A DNA stretch of 64,000 bases from Mytilus trossulus (lineage: Eukaryota). Of the stretch, positions 15,427 to 34,885 are shown in pieces. Position 1 is the stretch's first letter. Every line of letters starts with the position of its first letter. Both the position numbers and the translations under genes were made by a program. The stretch covers positions 27,838,001 to 27,902,000 of the forward strand of contig NC_086381.1 in the NCBI RefSeq assembly GCF_036588685.1, written 5' to 3'. The notes under the pieces were generated by a model that ran no database searches, was not told the origin of the DNA, and saw only the letters and a program-made list of their open reading frames with translations.

Positions 15427-17052
15427 ACTGACCTTTACTCTATACAATAACGGCCCTTTTAAGGGCCACCAATATTTTCCAAAAAGAGTCTGAATATGTT
15501 GTACATCAAAATCAAAAATAGCTGAAACCCCCTCTCCACATCTTTCTTTATTTTTCTTTCTCTCCACATCTCTCTTTATTCTTCTTTCTTATTATCTTTT
15601 TTTTTTGCACTTAAGATTAGACAAGTCAGGTTACTGTATTGATAGGAGAAAAATATAGAGAAACTTATTTCAAAACATGCAAAGAAAATAAATAAAAGGA
15701 TAAATAGAGAGAGAGACATACATATTTTTTATTTATCTAATTCTTCCAAATCCTTCGGGAAAAAACAAGAATGTTATACATTTTCTGGTATACCCTCCTG
15801 AAAAAATTAACATACATGTATACATTTAAATAAAAAAAAAAAGGTAAGAAAAAACATACTCCAAGAACAATACAATCCATCTTCTAATTACAGAATTATT
15901 AAAATGTATTTCTTTCTAATTTCTGTGGTTATATTTTTCTCTAAATTGCATTTTTCTCGGTCTTATTTTCTCACTTATTTTTTAGATGCTTTTTGTATGT
16001 AATTTTTACTCATATTGTGTATTCTACTGTGACAACATGAGAAGATTCAATTATTTTATATTTCTGAAATATATTTTCGGTACGGGTCCAAGTAGTCCAC
16101 CTTAAATTCTCATTGAAAACTTTGTCTCCATCAATTGTGTGTTACAGAAAGAACTTTTTCTTGAATACCTTTATTTTGTGCTTAAAATGCATCTATTTTG
16201 GGTGCTCTATGTGCCTTATAAATGATGTGAACATGTGTGCGGATGAATCTTTTTTTCCCATTGGTGGAGAAAAATAGACAAGGCGCAATAATTCATTCAT
16301 TCAATGATGTACCAATTGTGGTATTTAAAAAGTGAGGCTGCACTGTGTACATTTCAAAAACCTATGACTACATGTATAAAGTAGCTGCTAAATTTAGAAA
16401 GATTCCTAATTAGTTGTTAAAAGATGAGCATTGATTGTATACATGTAATAATAACATGTTTGAAATGTGAATTTCCCGGGACATCTTTATTGAAACTGGT
16501 AAAGGTGATTTTGAGAAAAATTATCATGCACACCTGTTTTTATTTACAAGTCTATCTGTCCATGCTTAAATAACTGACTGGTATGCTGTAGATTAGTTTT
16601 GCTTTTACTCTCTTAAGTCTGCAGAGCTGCAGTGGACTATCTCTGAAACTGTATCTTTTGAACAAGAAAAATACTGTATAAAAAGATTTTCTTTAAACTA
16701 ATTGTTTTTATATTGCAATTGCACATTGTTAACTCCTGCTTATGTATGCAGTGTGATATGTTCTTGTATTTTAAGTAAAAGGAAATAAATCTCTTTCACA
16801 TTGGAAAATATAAGAAGTATTAATTGATGATGGAGATCATTAGTTATTTGGTCCATCTCTTATAATCTTTGTATTTTTATTTGTATACAGTTTGAAATAT
16901 TTTATTTTCACATATTTTCAGAGAAGTGGATTGAAAGTGTACAGAATTCCTACAGAGTTACCTCCCCGATTTAGACGAAAACAACCAATCAGGTCCAACC
17001 TATCAAAAATTCAGTGGTATTTCTTTTAGGGCCGCGTTCATCAGATATATAG

Positions 17053-17418
<366 letters not shown>

Positions 17419-18172
17419 ACAGCCAGCTGAAAAATACAAATACAACGGCCCTTTTCAGGGCCACCAACATTTTTCAAAAAGAATCTGCATTTGTTGTACT
17501 TAAAAAGAAAACCATAGCTTTCTCCTGTCCAACTTTCTTTACTTTCCTTTTTCTTTTATTCGTTTATTTTTTTTAATTTCTTTTCACTATTTTTATTTAA
17601 GCCTATTAAAAAAAGACCAGCAAGGCTTTGGATACAATATGATTCCTGATTTTTGAATGTAAATAACATTTTTATTCTTTATTTCATATGTATTCTTTTA
17701 TGTAAAAGATATATTGCTGATTTTTCCTCCATTGTCAAACTCTAGTTATATTGTTTTTATATCCTAAAACAATCCCCCTCCCCCTTTTTTCTCTCTGTCG
17801 ACGTATGTGTGAATTTAATCTGTTCGTGATATTTTTTTATATAATGTTTCAATACATATTCAAGTATAGTTCGATTCTAGACCCCCTCCCCCCCAAAAAA
17901 AGAGGGAAGAAATGTATAACCCGTGAAAAGGTTAAATTCTGGTGTATGTATATTTTTTCAAATCGGCTAATAAAATGAAGAATAAAGAAGAGAAAAGAAG
18001 AAAGAAAGAAAGAAAGACAAAAAGACAGAATTCAGATATAAATAAATTTGTCATTTTGGGGTGGGACACAGCTTCATTTAGAAGTTTGTTATGTACAACA
18101 ATAATAAGACTCTTTTTGAAAAATATTGGTGGCCCTGAAAAGGGCCGTTTGTGAAGTTAAACTTCTCGTTGT

Positions 18173-18547
18173 TTACTTGCTGCTGGTGTACTTTGTGACG
18201 GCTTTGGTACCTTCACTGACAGCGTGCTTGGCCAATTCACCGGGTAGGAGCAGACGAACTGCAGTCTGGATCTCCCGAGATGTGATGGTAGATCTCTTGT
18301 TGTAGTGAGCGAGACGGGAAGCTTCTGCAGCGATTCTCTCAAAGATATCGTTGACAAAACTGTTCATGATAGACATAGCCTTTGAGGATACTCCAGTGTC
18401 TGGGTGCACCTGTCTCAAGACTTTGTAGATGTAGATGGCATAGGATTCTCTCCTCTTCCTCCTCCTTTTCTTGTCACCGCCGGGTCTGGCAGTCTTTGCC
18501 TTTGTTACGGCCTTTTTGGCTCCTTTGGTTCCAACTTTTGGTGGCAT
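18173..18547 (-). CDS. H2B: Histone H2B
   Basis: 124-aa H2B. Confidence 0.99.
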   Translation of the reverse strand: MPPKVGTKGAKKAVTKAKTARPGGDKKRRRKRRESYAIYIYKVLRQVHPDTGVSSKAMSIMNSFVNDIFERIAAEASRLAHYNKRSTITSREIQTAVRLLLPGELAKHAVSEGTKAVTKYTSSK

Positions 18548-18824
18548 TTTTGACAGATGTATACTCTCTGAAATGTAATCAGTGAATGATGGCCGTAAAT
18601 AAAAATTTCTATTTATACTCGGCAAAACGGATTGAAAGTTTTTACTTAACGCGAACTTCGGAGAGAGCACCTTCTAACATTCAACCTAACTACCTGGAAG
18701 AAGCGATGATTTGATTGGTTTAGAACTGAAACATCTTTCAATCCGTTTTGCGGGTATAAATAGTAAAATACCACCTAACGGGGTAATCATTGTTTATACT
18801 TGTTCAAGTCAAACAACGTATTAA

Positions 18825-19208
<384 letters not shown>

Positions 19209-19652
19209 AGTCAACACTACAGAAACTTCACTTACAACGGCCCTTTTCAGGGCCACCAACATTTTTCAAAAAGAATCTGACTTTGTTGTGCAATCTCAAA
19301 CATAGCTCACTCCCTCCATTTCTCTTGTCTTTATCTCTTTATTTTTCCTTTTCTTTATAAACAGCATACAGATGTCTACTTTCTTATTATATATATAACA
19401 ATATTTGATGTGGAAAAAAAATGAAGAACAGTACGAGTTTCTTTTTTTCCCCTATAAAAGTCCAAGAAAATAAACAACTATATATAAACGTAGATTCGAT
19501 GAAAATGCGCAAGCACGAGAGGAAGAAAAACTCATAGTTGTTAGTGGTCAATATTGCATATATTTTTGGTGTAAATTTAGTTGCAGTCCTATATATTATA
19601 CTATATAAGCACACACATTACAATCTATGACCTTATTTTTATATAATATATA

Positions 19653-19712
19653 TTCGTTCGTTCGTTCGTTCGTTCGTTCGTTCGTTCGTTCGTTCGTTCG
19701 TTCGTTCGTTCG
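19653..19712. repeat. (TTCG)15 microsatellite allele
   Basis: One extra unit explains the 5617-bp period between H3 copies at 15016 and 20633. Confidence 0.9.
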
Positions 19713-20557
19713 TTGTCTGTCTAACTGTGATCTATGTGAATTCTTTTCTTCCTCTTCTGCTGTCACATTCTCTTAGATATATAATATATATTTTGTATTC
19801 CTATACAAAGTACTTATGCGTATGTTTATAGTTGTGTAGATTATTTTTTAGCTCAAATCCTTTGTATTTGCAAAATTCGTATATAAACAATAAAGAATAC
19901 TTCAACAATGTGCAAGTTTCCCAGTATGCGTGCAGTATACTATATAGAGAATATCATGGCTTTACATGATACAGAGACTAGAGAATACAGACACTGTATA
20001 GCTAGAGAGAACACAAAGACTATAGAGAGGATAAAAAGTGTTCTCTTTGTTTTAAGACACTGAGACGAGTGACAATTGTGTACTATAGTAAGCATGTCTA
20101 TACGAGAAACTGGCTACACACACTAAGAAAACGGCTGCATTTCTATACCACTGGCTATTGATGAAAATGGATGGATGATGTTTTTTTTTCTCTTTTTCTT
20201 CTTCTATTTTGCTCTTTAATTTACATTTCCTGTCAATTATTAATTTCGTGTCAGACTGTTGATTAAACAATTATTTATTATTTGAATAAAGATTATTATT
20301 AAGTTCTGCATTACTCTTGATTATTATTTTTTTTGGTCTTATGTCAAATTTTCGCTGACACTATCAGAATAGAAACAAATTGTGCCAATTGTTAGCTTGG
20401 GGTGAACAATCTTTAGCTTCAGTCCAAAAAGGGATCGAAAGCTGTGAAAGTAACTTCCAGATCAGTCCAATCATAATACAGAGATTTCAACCAATCAACG
20501 TGAGTTTTATTACCCCGAAAGGCCAATCAGTGTCGTGTTTGCAAACATTGCGGCTAG

Positions 20558-21043
<486 letters not shown>

Positions 21044-22669
21044 ACTGACCTTTACTCTATACAATAACGGCCCTTTTAAGGGCCACCAATATTTTCCAAA
21101 AAGAGTCTGAATATGTTGTACATCAAAATCAAAAATAGCTGAAACCCCCTCTCCACATCTTTCTTTATTTTTCTTTCTCTCCACATCTCTCTTTATTCTT
21201 CTTTCTTATTATCTTTTTTTTTTGCACTTAAGATTAGACAAGTCAGGTTACTGTATTGATAGGAGAAAAATATAGAGAAACTTATTTCAAAACATGCAAA
21301 GAAAATAAATAAAAGGATAAATAGAGAGAGAGACATACATATTTTTTATTTATCTAATTCTTCCAAATCCTTCGGGAAAAAACAAGAATGTTATACATTT
21401 TCTGGTATACCCTCCTGAAAAAATTAACATACATGTATACATTTAAATAAAAAAAAAAAGGTAAGAAAAAACATACTCCAAGAACAATACAATCCATCTT
21501 CTAATTACAGAATTATTAAAATGTATTTCTTTCTAATTTCTGTGGTTATATTTTTCTCTAAATTGCATTTTTCTCGGTCTTATTTTCTCACTTATTTTTT
21601 AGATGCTTTTTGTATGTAATTTTTACTCATATTGTGTATTCTACTGTGACAACATGAGAAGATTCAATTATTTTATATTTCTGAAATATATTTTCGGTAC
21701 GGGTCCAAGTAGTCCACCTTAAATTCTCATTGAAAACTTTGTCTCCATCAATTGTGTGTTACAGAAAGAACTTTTTCTTGAATACCTTTATTTTGTGCTT
21801 AAAATGCATCTATTTTGGGTGCTCTATGTGCCTTATAAATGATGTGAACATGTGTGCGGATGAATCTTTTTTTCCCATTGGTGGAGAAAAATAGACAAGG
21901 CGCAATAATTCATTCATTCAATGATGTACCAATTGTGGTATTTAAAAAGTGAGGCTGCACTGTGTACATTTCAAAAACCTATGACTACATGTATAAAGTA
22001 GCTGCTAAATTTAGAAAGATTCCTAATTAGTTGTTAAAAGATGAGCATTGATTGTATACATGTAATAATAACATGTTTGAAATGTGAATTTCCCGGGACA
22101 TCTTTATTGAAACTGGTAAAGGTGATTTTGAGAAAAATTATCATGCACACCTGTTTTTATTTACAAGTCTATCTGTCCATGCTTAAATAACTGACTGGTA
22201 TGCTGTAGATTAGTTTTGCTTTTACTCTCTTAAGTCTGCAGAGCTGCAGTGGACTATCTCTGAAACTGTATCTTTTGAACAAGAAAAATACTGTATAAAA
22301 AGATTTTCTTTAAACTAATTGTTTTTATATTGCAATTGCACATTGTTAACTCCTGCTTATGTATGCAGTGTGATATGTTCTTGTATTTTAAGTAAAAGGA
22401 AATAAATCTCTTTCACATTGGAAAATATAAGAAGTATTAATTGATGATGGAGATCATTAGTTATTTGGTCCATCTCTTATAATCTTTGTATTTTTATTTG
22501 TATACAGTTTGAAATATTTTATTTTCACATATTTTCAGAGAAGTGGATTGAAAGTGTACAGAATTCCTACAGAGTTACCTCCCCGATTTAGACGAAAACA
22601 ACCAATCAGGTCCAACCTATCAAAAATTCAGTGGTATTTCTTTTAGGGCCGCGTTCATCAGATATATAG

Positions 22670-23035
<366 letters not shown>

Positions 23036-23789
23036 ACAGCCAGCTGAAAAATACAAATACAACGGCCCTTTTCAGGGCCACCAACATTTTTCAAAAAGAA
23101 TCTGCATTTGTTGTACTTAAAAAGAAAACCATAGCTTTCTCCTGTCCAACTTTCTTTACTTTCCTTTTTCTTTTATTCGTTTATTTTTTTTAATTTCTTT
23201 TCACTATTTTTATTTAAGCCTATTAAAAAAAGACCAGCAAGGCTTTGGATACAATATGATTCCTGATTTTTGAATGTAAATAACATTTTTATTCTTTATT
23301 TCATATGTATTCTTTTATGTAAAAGATATATTGCTGATTTTTCCTCCATTGTCAAACTCTAGTTATATTGTTTTTATATCCTAAAACAATCCCCCTCCCC
23401 CTTTTTTCTCTCTGTCGACGTATGTGTGAATTTAATCTGTTCGTGATATTTTTTTATATAATGTTTCAATACATATTCAAGTATAGTTCGATTCTAGACC
23501 CCCTCCCCCCCAAAAAAAGAGGGAAGAAATGTATAACCCGTGAAAAGGTTAAATTCTGGTGTATGTATATTTTTTCAAATCGGCTAATAAAATGAAGAAT
23601 AAAGAAGAGAAAAGAAGAAAGAAAGAAAGAAAGACAAAAAGACAGAATTCAGATATAAATAAATTTGTCATTTTGGGGTGGGACACAGCTTCATTTAGAA
23701 GTTTGTTATGTACAACAATAATAAGACTCTTTTTGAAAAATATTGGTGGCCCTGAAAAGGGCCGTTTGTGAAGTTAAACTTCTCGTTGT

Positions 23790-24164
23790 TTACTTGCTGC
23801 TGGTGTACTTTGTGACGGCTTTGGTACCTTCACTGACAGCGTGCTTGGCCAATTCACCGGGTAGGAGCAGACGAACTGCAGTCTGGATCTCCCGAGATGT
23901 GATGGTAGATCTCTTGTTGTAGTGAGCGAGACGGGAAGCTTCTGCAGCGATTCTCTCAAAGATATCGTTGACAAAACTGTTCATGATAGACATAGCCTTT
24001 GAGGATACTCCAGTGTCTGGGTGCACCTGTCTCAAGACTTTGTAGATGTAGATGGCATAGGATTCTCTCCTCTTCCTCCTCCTTTTCTTGTCACCGCCGG
24101 GTCTGGCAGTCTTTGCCTTTGTTACGGCCTTTTTGGCTCCTTTGGTTCCAACTTTTGGTGGCAT
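23790..24164 (-). CDS. H2B: Histone H2B
   Basis: 124-aa H2B. Confidence 0.99.
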   Translation of the reverse strand: MPPKVGTKGAKKAVTKAKTARPGGDKKRRRKRRESYAIYIYKVLRQVHPDTGVSSKAMSIMNSFVNDIFERIAAEASRLAHYNKRSTITSREIQTAVRLLLPGELAKHAVSEGTKAVTKYTSSK

Positions 24165-24441
24165 TTTTGACAGATGTATACTCTCTGAAATGTAATCAGT
24201 GAATGATGGCCGTAAATAAAAATTTCTATTTATACTCGGCAAAACGGATTGAAAGTTTTTACTTAACGCGAACTTCGGAGAGAGCACCTTCTAACATTCA
24301 ACCTAACTACCTGGAAGAAGCGATGATTTGATTGGTTTAGAACTGAAACATCTTTCAATCCGTTTTGCGGGTATAAATAGTAAAATACCACCTAACGGGG
24401 TAATCATTGTTTATACTTGTTCAAGTCAAACAACGTATTAA

Positions 24442-24825
<384 letters not shown>

Positions 24826-26170
24826 AGTCAACACTACAGAAACTTCACTTACAACGGCCCTTTTCAGGGCCACCAACATTTTTCAAAAAGAATCTGACTT
24901 TGTTGTGCAATCTCAAACATAGCTCACTCCCTCCATTTCTCTTGTCTTTATCTCTTTATTTTTCCTTTTCTTTATAAACAGCATACAGATGTCTACTTTC
25001 TTATTATATATATAACAATATTTGATGTGGAAAAAAAATGAAGAACAGTACGAGTTTCTTTTTTTCCCCTATAAAAGTCCAAGAAAATAAACAACTATAT
25101 ATAAACGTAGATTCGATGAAAATGCGCAAGCACGAGAGGAAGAAAAACTCATAGTTGTTAGTGGTCAATATTGCATATATTTTTGGTGTAAATTTAGTTG
25201 CAGTCCTATATATTATACTATATAAGCACACACATTACAATCTATGACCTTATTTTTATATAATATATATTCGTTCGTTCGTTCGTTCGTTCGTTCGTTC
25301 GTTCGTTCGTTCGTTCGTTCGTTCGTTGTCTGTCTAACTGTGATCTATGTGAATTCTTTTCTTCCTCTTCTGCTGTCACATTCTCTTAGATATATAATAT
25401 ATATTTTGTATTCCTATACAAAGTACTTATGCGTATGTTTATAGTTGTGTAGATTATTTTTTAGCTCAAATCCTTTGTATTTGCAAAATTCGTATATAAA
25501 CAATAAAGAATACTTCAACAATGTGCAAGTTTCCCAGTATGCGTGCAGTATACTATATAGAGAATATCATGGCTTTACATGATACAGAGACTAGAGAATA
25601 CAGACACTGTATAGCTAGAGAGAACACAAAGACTATAGAGAGGATAAAAAGTGTTCTCTTTGTTTTAAGACACTGAGACGAGTGACAATTGTGTACTATA
25701 GTAAGCATGTCTATACGAGAAACTGGCTACACACACTAAGAAAACGGCTGCATTTCTATACCACTGGCTATTGATGAAAATGGATGGATGATGTTTTTTT
25801 TTCTCTTTTTCTTCTTCTATTTTGCTCTTTAATTTACATTTCCTGTCAATTATTAATTTCGTGTCAGACTGTTGATTAAACAATTATTTATTATTTGAAT
25901 AAAGATTATTATTAAGTTCTGCATTACTCTTGATTATTATTTTTTTTGGTCTTATGTCAAATTTTCGCTGACACTATCAGAATAGAAACAAATTGTGCCA
26001 ATTGTTAGCTTGGGGTGAACAATCTTTAGCTTCAGTCCAAAAAGGGATCGAAAGCTGTGAAAGTAACTTCCAGATCAGTCCAATCATAATACAGAGATTT
26101 CAACCAATCAACGTGAGTTTTATTACCCCGAAAGGCCAATCAGTGTCGTGTTTGCAAACATTGCGGCTAG

Positions 26171-26656
<486 letters not shown>

Positions 26657-28282
26657 ACTGACCTTTACTCTATACAATAACGGCCCTTTTAAGGGCCACC
26701 AATATTTTCCAAAAAGAGTCTGAATATGTTGTACATCAAAATCAAAAATAGCTGAAACCCCCTCTCCACATCTTTCTTTATTTTTCTTTCTCTCCACATC
26801 TCTCTTTATTCTTCTTTCTTATTATCTTTTTTTTTTGCACTTAAGATTAGACAAGTCAGGTTACTGTATTGATAGGAGAAAAATATAGAGAAACTTATTT
26901 CAAAACATGCAAAGAAAATAAATAAAAGGATAAATAGAGAGAGAGACATACATATTTTTTATTTATCTAATTCTTCCAAATCCTTCGGGAAAAAACAAGA
27001 ATGTTATACATTTTCTGGTATACCCTCCTGAAAAAATTAACATACATGTATACATTTAAATAAAAAAAAAAAGGTAAGAAAAAACATACTCCAAGAACAA
27101 TACAATCCATCTTCTAATTACAGAATTATTAAAATGTATTTCTTTCTAATTTCTGTGGTTATATTTTTCTCTAAATTGCATTTTTCTCGGTCTTATTTTC
27201 TCACTTATTTTTTAGATGCTTTTTGTATGTAATTTTTACTCATATTGTGTATTCTACTGTGACAACATGAGAAGATTCAATTATTTTATATTTCTGAAAT
27301 ATATTTTCGGTACGGGTCCAAGTAGTCCACCTTAAATTCTCATTGAAAACTTTGTCTCCATCAATTGTGTGTTACAGAAAGAACTTTTTCTTGAATACCT
27401 TTATTTTGTGCTTAAAATGCATCTATTTTGGGTGCTCTATGTGCCTTATAAATGATGTGAACATGTGTGCGGATGAATCTTTTTTTCCCATTGGTGGAGA
27501 AAAATAGACAAGGCGCAATAATTCATTCATTCAATGATGTACCAATTGTGGTATTTAAAAAGTGAGGCTGCACTGTGTACATTTCAAAAACCTATGACTA
27601 CATGTATAAAGTAGCTGCTAAATTTAGAAAGATTCCTAATTAGTTGTTAAAAGATGAGCATTGATTGTATACATGTAATAATAACATGTTTGAAATGTGA
27701 ATTTCCCGGGACATCTTTATTGAAACTGGTAAAGGTGATTTTGAGAAAAATTATCATGCACACCTGTTTTTATTTACAAGTCTATCTGTCCATGCTTAAA
27801 TAACTGACTGGTATGCTGTAGATTAGTTTTGCTTTTACTCTCTTAAGTCTGCAGAGCTGCAGTGGACTATCTCTGAAACTGTATCTTTTGAACAAGAAAA
27901 ATACTGTATAAAAAGATTTTCTTTAAACTAATTGTTTTTATATTGCAATTGCACATTGTTAACTCCTGCTTATGTATGCAGTGTGATATGTTCTTGTATT
28001 TTAAGTAAAAGGAAATAAATCTCTTTCACATTGGAAAATATAAGAAGTATTAATTGATGATGGAGATCATTAGTTATTTGGTCCATCTCTTATAATCTTT
28101 GTATTTTTATTTGTATACAGTTTGAAATATTTTATTTTCACATATTTTCAGAGAAGTGGATTGAAAGTGTACAGAATTCCTACAGAGTTACCTCCCCGAT
28201 TTAGACGAAAACAACCAATCAGGTCCAACCTATCAAAAATTCAGTGGTATTTCTTTTAGGGCCGCGTTCATCAGATATATAG

Positions 28283-28648
<366 letters not shown>

Positions 28649-29402
28649 ACAGCCAGCTGAAAAATACAAATACAACGGCCCTTTTCAGGGCCACCAACAT
28701 TTTTCAAAAAGAATCTGCATTTGTTGTACTTAAAAAGAAAACCATAGCTTTCTCCTGTCCAACTTTCTTTACTTTCCTTTTTCTTTTATTCGTTTATTTT
28801 TTTTAATTTCTTTTCACTATTTTTATTTAAGCCTATTAAAAAAAGACCAGCAAGGCTTTGGATACAATATGATTCCTGATTTTTGAATGTAAATAACATT
28901 TTTATTCTTTATTTCATATGTATTCTTTTATGTAAAAGATATATTGCTGATTTTTCCTCCATTGTCAAACTCTAGTTATATTGTTTTTATATCCTAAAAC
29001 AATCCCCCTCCCCCTTTTTTCTCTCTGTCGACGTATGTGTGAATTTAATCTGTTCGTGATATTTTTTTATATAATGTTTCAATACATATTCAAGTATAGT
29101 TCGATTCTAGACCCCCTCCCCCCCAAAAAAAGAGGGAAGAAATGTATAACCCGTGAAAAGGTTAAATTCTGGTGTATGTATATTTTTTCAAATCGGCTAA
29201 TAAAATGAAGAATAAAGAAGAGAAAAGAAGAAAGAAAGAAAGAAAGACAAAAAGACAGAATTCAGATATAAATAAATTTGTCATTTTGGGGTGGGACACA
29301 GCTTCATTTAGAAGTTTGTTATGTACAACAATAATAAGACTCTTTTTGAAAAATATTGGTGGCCCTGAAAAGGGCCGTTTGTGAAGTTAAACTTCTCGTT
29401 GT

Positions 29403-29777
29403 TTACTTGCTGCTGGTGTACTTTGTGACGGCTTTGGTACCTTCACTGACAGCGTGCTTGGCCAATTCACCGGGTAGGAGCAGACGAACTGCAGTCTGGA
29501 TCTCCCGAGATGTGATGGTAGATCTCTTGTTGTAGTGAGCGAGACGGGAAGCTTCTGCAGCGATTCTCTCAAAGATATCGTTGACAAAACTGTTCATGAT
29601 AGACATAGCCTTTGAGGATACTCCAGTGTCTGGGTGCACCTGTCTCAAGACTTTGTAGATGTAGATGGCATAGGATTCTCTCCTCTTCCTCCTCCTTTTC
29701 TTGTCACCGCCGGGTCTGGCAGTCTTTGCCTTTGTTACGGCCTTTTTGGCTCCTTTGGTTCCAACTTTTGGTGGCAT
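29403..29777 (-). CDS. H2B: Histone H2B
   Basis: 124-aa H2B. Confidence 0.99.
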   Translation of the reverse strand: MPPKVGTKGAKKAVTKAKTARPGGDKKRRRKRRESYAIYIYKVLRQVHPDTGVSSKAMSIMNSFVNDIFERIAAEASRLAHYNKRSTITSREIQTAVRLLLPGELAKHAVSEGTKAVTKYTSSK

Positions 29778-30054
29778 TTTTGACAGATGTATACTCTCTG
29801 AAATGTAATCAGTGAATGATGGCCGTAAATAAAAATTTCTATTTATACTCGGCAAAACGGATTGAAAGTTTTTACTTAACGCGAACTTCGGAGAGAGCAC
29901 CTTCTAACATTCAACCTAACTACCTGGAAGAAGCGATGATTTGATTGGTTTAGAACTGAAACATCTTTCAATCCGTTTTGCGGGTATAAATAGTAAAATA
30001 CCACCTAACGGGGTAATCATTGTTTATACTTGTTCAAGTCAAACAACGTATTAA

Positions 30055-30438
<384 letters not shown>

Positions 30439-31858
30439 AGTCAACACTACAGAAACTTCACTTACAACGGCCCTTTTCAGGGCCACCAACATTTTTCAAA
30501 AAGAATCTGACTTTGTTGTGCAATCTCAAACATAGCTCACTCCCTCCATTTCTCTTGTCTTTATCTCTTTATTTTTCCTTTTCTTTATAAACAGCATACA
30601 GATGTCTACTTTCTTATTATATATATAACAATATTTGATGTGGAAAAAAAATGAAGAACAGTACGAGTTTCTTTTTTTCCCCTATAAAAGTCCAAGAAAA
30701 TAAACAACTATATATAAACGTAGATTCGATGAAAATGCGCAAGCACGAGAGGAAGAAAAACTCATAGTTGTTAGTGGTCAATATTGCATATATTTTTGGT
30801 GTAAATTTAGTTGCAGTCCTATATATTATACTATATAAGCACACACATTACAATCTATGACCTTATTTTTATATAATATATATTCGTTCGTTCGTTCGTT
30901 CGTTCGTTCGTTCGTTCGTTCGTTCGTTCGTTCGTTCGTTGTCTGTCTAACTGTGATCTATGTGAATTCTTTTCTTCCTCTTCTGCTGTCACATTCTCTT
31001 AGATATATAATATATATTTTGTATTCCTATACAAAGTACTTATGCGTATGTTTATAGTTGTGTAGATTATTTTTTAGCTCAAATCCTTTGTATTTGCAAA
31101 ATTCGTATATAAACAATAAAGAATACTTCAACAATGTGCAAGTTTCCCAGTATGCGTGCAGTATACTATATAGAGAATATCATGGCTTTACATGATACAG
31201 AGACTAGAGAATACAGACACTGTATAGCTAGAGAGAACACAAAGACTATAGAGAGGATAAAAAGTGTTCTCTTTGTTTTAAGACACTGAGACGAGTGACA
31301 ATTGTGTACTATAGTAAGCATGTCTATACGAGAAACTGGCTACACACACTAAGAAAACGGCTGCATTTCTATACCACTGGCTATTGATGAAAATGGATGG
31401 ATGATGTTTTTTTTTCTCTTTTTCTTCTTCTATTTTGCTCTTTAATTTACATTTCCTGTCAATTATTAATTTCGTGTCAGACTGTTGATTAAACAATTAT
31501 TTATTATTTGAATAAAGATTATTATTAAGTTCTGCATTACTCTTGATTATTATTTTTTTTGGTCTTATGTCAAATTTTCGCTGACACTATCAGAATAGAA
31601 ACAAATTGTGCCAATTGTTAGCTTGGGGTGAACAATCTTTAGCTTCAGTCCAAAAAGGGATCGAAAGCTGTGAAAGTAACTTCCAGATCAGTCCAATCAT
31701 AATACAGAGATTTCAACCAATCAACGTGAGTTTTATTACCCCGAAAGGCCAATCAGTGTCGTGTTTGCAAACATTGCGGCTAGCACAAATACACTAACAT
31801 TCGAAGTTTCAAAGTATTCTGTCGTGTAATCGTAGATTTTCACAGAGAACATATCGCA

Positions 31859-31958
31859 NNNNNNNNNNNNNNNNNNNNNNNNNNNNNNNNNNNNNNNNNN
31901 NNNNNNNNNNNNNNNNNNNNNNNNNNNNNNNNNNNNNNNNNNNNNNNNNNNNNNNNNN
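31859..31958. other. Assembly gap (100 N); an H3 gene is missing here
   Basis: Left side ends at ATATCGCA, immediately before the H3 ATG; right side resumes in the H3-H4 spacer. Confidence 1.
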
Positions 31959-32784
31959 CAAGGCGCAATAATTCATTCATTCAATGATGTACCAATTGTG
32001 GTATTTAAAAAGTGAGGCTGCACTGTGTACATTTCAAAACCTATGACTACATGTATAAAGTAGCTGCTAAATTTAGAAAGATTCCTAATTAGTTGTTAAA
32101 AGATGAGCATTGATTGTATACATGTAATAATAACATGTTTGAAATGTGAATTTCCCGGGACATCTTTATTGAAACTGGTAAAGGTGATTTTGAGAAAAAT
32201 TATCATGCACACCTGTTTTTATTTACAAGTCTATCTGTCCATGCTTAAATAACTGACTGGTATGCTGTAGATTAGTTTTGCTTTTACTCTCTTAAGTCTG
32301 CAGAGCTGCAGTGGACTATCTCTGAAACTGTATCTTTTGAACAAGAAAAATACTGTATAAAAAGATTTTCTTTAAACTAATTGTTTTTATATTGCAATTG
32401 CACATTGTTAACTCCTGCTTATGTATGCAGTGTGATATGTTCTTGTATTTTAAGTAAAAGGAAATAAATCTCTTTCACATTGGAAAATATAAGAAGTATT
32501 AATTGATGATGGAGATCATTAGTTATTTGGTCCATCTCTTATAATCTTTGTATTTTTATTTGTATACAGTTTGAAATATTTTATTTTCACATATTTTCAG
32601 AGAAGTGGATTGAAAGTGTACAGAATTCCTACAGAGTTACCTCCCCGATTTAGACGAAAACAACCAATCAGGTCCAACCTATCAAAATTCAGTGGTATTT
32701 CTTTTAGGGCCGCGTTCATCAGATATATAGCATAATTTGGATATAGTTGTCATTCGTTTTATCGAACTTCAAAAAGCAAACAAC

Positions 32785-33095
<311 letters not shown>

Positions 33096-33849
33096 ACAGC
33101 CAGCTGAAAAATACAAATACAACGGCCCTTTTCAGGGCCACCAACATTTTTCAAAAAGAATCTGCATTTGTTGTACTTAAAAAGAAAACCATAGCTTTCT
33201 CCTGTCCAACTTTCTTTACTTTCCTTTTTCTTTTATTCGTTTATTTTTTTTAATTTCTTTTCACTATTTTTATTTAAGCCTATTAAAAAAAGACCAGCAA
33301 GGCTTTGGATACAATATGATTCCTGATTTTTGAATGTAAATAACATTTTTATTCTTTATTTCATATGTATTCTTTTATGTAAAAGATATATTGCTGATTT
33401 TTCCTCCATTGTCAAACTCTAGTTATATTGTTTTTATATCCTAAAACAATCCCCCTCCCCCTTTTTTCTCTCTGTCGACGTATGTGTGAATTTAATCTGT
33501 TCGTGATATTTTTTTATATAATGTTTCAATACATATTCAAGTATAGTTCGATTCTAGACCCCCTCCCCCCCAAAAAAAGAGGGAAGAAATGTATAACCCG
33601 TGAAAAGGTTAAATTCTGGTGTATGTATATTTTTTCAAATCGGCTAATAAAATGAAGAATAAAGAAGAGAAAAGAAGAAAGAAAGAAAGAAAGACAAAAA
33701 GACAGAATTCAGATATAAATAAATTTGTCATTTTGGGGTGGGACACAGCTTCATTTAGAAGTTTGTTATGTACAACAATAATAAGACTCTTTTTGAAAAA
33801 TATTGGTGGCCCTGAAAAGGGCCGTTTGTGAAGTTAAACTTCTCGTTGT

Positions 33850-34224
33850 TTACTTGCTGCTGGTGTACTTTGTGACGGCTTTGGTACCTTCACTGACAGC
33901 GTGCTTGGCCAATTCACCGGGTAGGAGCAGACGAACTGCAGTCTGGATCTCCCGAGATGTGATGGTAGATCTCTTGTTGTAGTGAGCGAGACGGGAAGCT
34001 TCTGCAGCGATTCTCTCAAAGATATCGTTGACAAAACTGTTCATGATAGACATAGCCTTTGAGGATACTCCAGTGTCTGGGTGCACCTGTCTCAAGACTT
34101 TGTAGATGTAGATGGCATAGGATTCTCTCCTCTTCCTCCTCCTTTTCTTGTCACCGCCGGGTCTGGCAGTCTTTGCCTTTGTTACGGCCTTTTTGGCTCC
34201 TTTGGTTCCAACTTTTGGTGGCAT
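33850..34224 (-). CDS. H2B: Histone H2B
   Basis: 124-aa H2B. Confidence 0.99.
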   Translation of the reverse strand: MPPKVGTKGAKKAVTKAKTARPGGDKKRRRKRRESYAIYIYKVLRQVHPDTGVSSKAMSIMNSFVNDIFERIAAEASRLAHYNKRSTITSREIQTAVRLLLPGELAKHAVSEGTKAVTKYTSSK

Positions 34225-34501
34225 TTTTGACAGATGTATACTCTCTGAAATGTAATCAGTGAATGATGGCCGTAAATAAAAATTTCTATTTATACTCGGC
34301 AAAACGGATTGAAAGTTTTTACTTAACGCGAACTTCGGAGAGAGCACCTTCTAACATTCAACCTAACTACCTGGAAGAAGCGATGATTTGATTGGTTTAG
34401 AACTGAAACATCTTTCAATCCGTTTTGCGGGTATAAATAGTAAAATACCACCTAACGGGGTAATCATTGTTTATACTTGTTCAAGTCAAACAACGTATTA
34501 A

Positions 34502-34885
<384 letters not shown>
